NCBI GenBank assembly: GCA_963744145.1
Contig: CAVUSO010000001.1
Coordinates: 2,368,001 to 2,432,000, forward strand
DNA: 64,000 bases
Reading direction: 5' to 3'
Source of the DNA: an uncultured cyanobacterium
GTDB taxonomy: Bacteria; Cyanobacteriota; Cyanobacteriia; Cyanobacteriales; CAWUOF01
The stretch's first letter is position 1, and each line of letters opens with the position of its first letter. The notes beneath the pieces were generated by a model. It was given only the letters and a program-made list of their open reading frames with translations, was not told the DNA's origin and searched no databases. Both the position numbers and the translations under genes were made by a program. Positions 63,741 to 64,000 of this stretch are shown one piece after another.

Positions 63741-64000
63741 ATGTACGCCATCAAATTAGAACTCAAACTGAATAACAAGGAACGGACCTTGATGGCGCGA
63801 CATTCTGGCTATGCTAGATTTTGCTACAACTACGCATTGAGTCTTTACCAAGAAGTAGGGGCGTATGGCAATACGCCCCTACCAGGTGGGAGTAGCAAAA
63901 AGGTAGCAGCAATCGAAAGAGTGTTTACCAATCACGTTAAGAAAAGGCCGGAATATCAATGGACTAATACCCTATCTTCTAGGGTTTACAAGATGACATT
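63741..64000 (+). CDS. tnpB: TnpB RNA-guided nuclease family protein, N-terminal part (runs off window)
   Basis: Own translation: MYAIKLELKLNNKERTLMARHSGYARFCYNYAL...KKRPEYQWTNTLSSRVY (HTH_OrfB_IS605 pattern). Confidence 0.88.
   Translation, partial: MYAIKLELKLNNKERTLMARHSGYARFCYNYALSLYQEVGAYGNTPLPGGSSKKVAAIERVFTNHVKKRPEYQWTNTLSSRVYKMT
63855..63882. repeat. GTAG-REP palindrome inside tnpB
   Basis: gtaggggcgtat-ggca-atacgcccctac perfect 12-bp stem. Confidence 0.9.

Larger units (their letters stand above)
63634..64000 (+). mobile_element. Left part of a tnpB-only IS607- or IS605-type element
   Basis: LysR similarity breaks at a G6 run (63630-63635); about 105 bp later tnpB starts, with no tnpA in between. 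Confidence 0.7.

Overview
This is a cyanobacterial chromosome segment (dense HIP1 octamer GCGATCGC, cyanobacterial-type DnaA boxes TTTTCCACA) spanning the replication origin between dnaA and dnaN. Bases 1-27 kb are mostly housekeeping and transport genes: dnaN, dnaA, an HtrA protease, def, terD, queC, relA/spoT, ABC transporters, a TetR/HlyD efflux unit and a SNF2-SWIM pair. Bases 27-62 kb are an accessory island rich in caspase-clan proteases: one Tat-signal C14 caspase, two TPR-CHAT genes and three tandem haemagglutinin(TPS)-CHAT genes, carrying four single-base frameshifts in total. The TPR-CHAT genes are interleaved with toxin-antitoxin cassettes, an IS630, xisI, an Rpn-like gene and repeated decayed CHAT fragments, some joined at HIP1 sites. 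Inside the island is the best candidate for an undescribed system: an XRE repressor plus ImmA/IrrE metallopeptidase pair, divergent from three unknown genes, with three 16-bp operator-like repeats between them. The window ends in a LysR gene interrupted by a tnpB-only element. All calls come from motif recognition by eye; no database searches were run.
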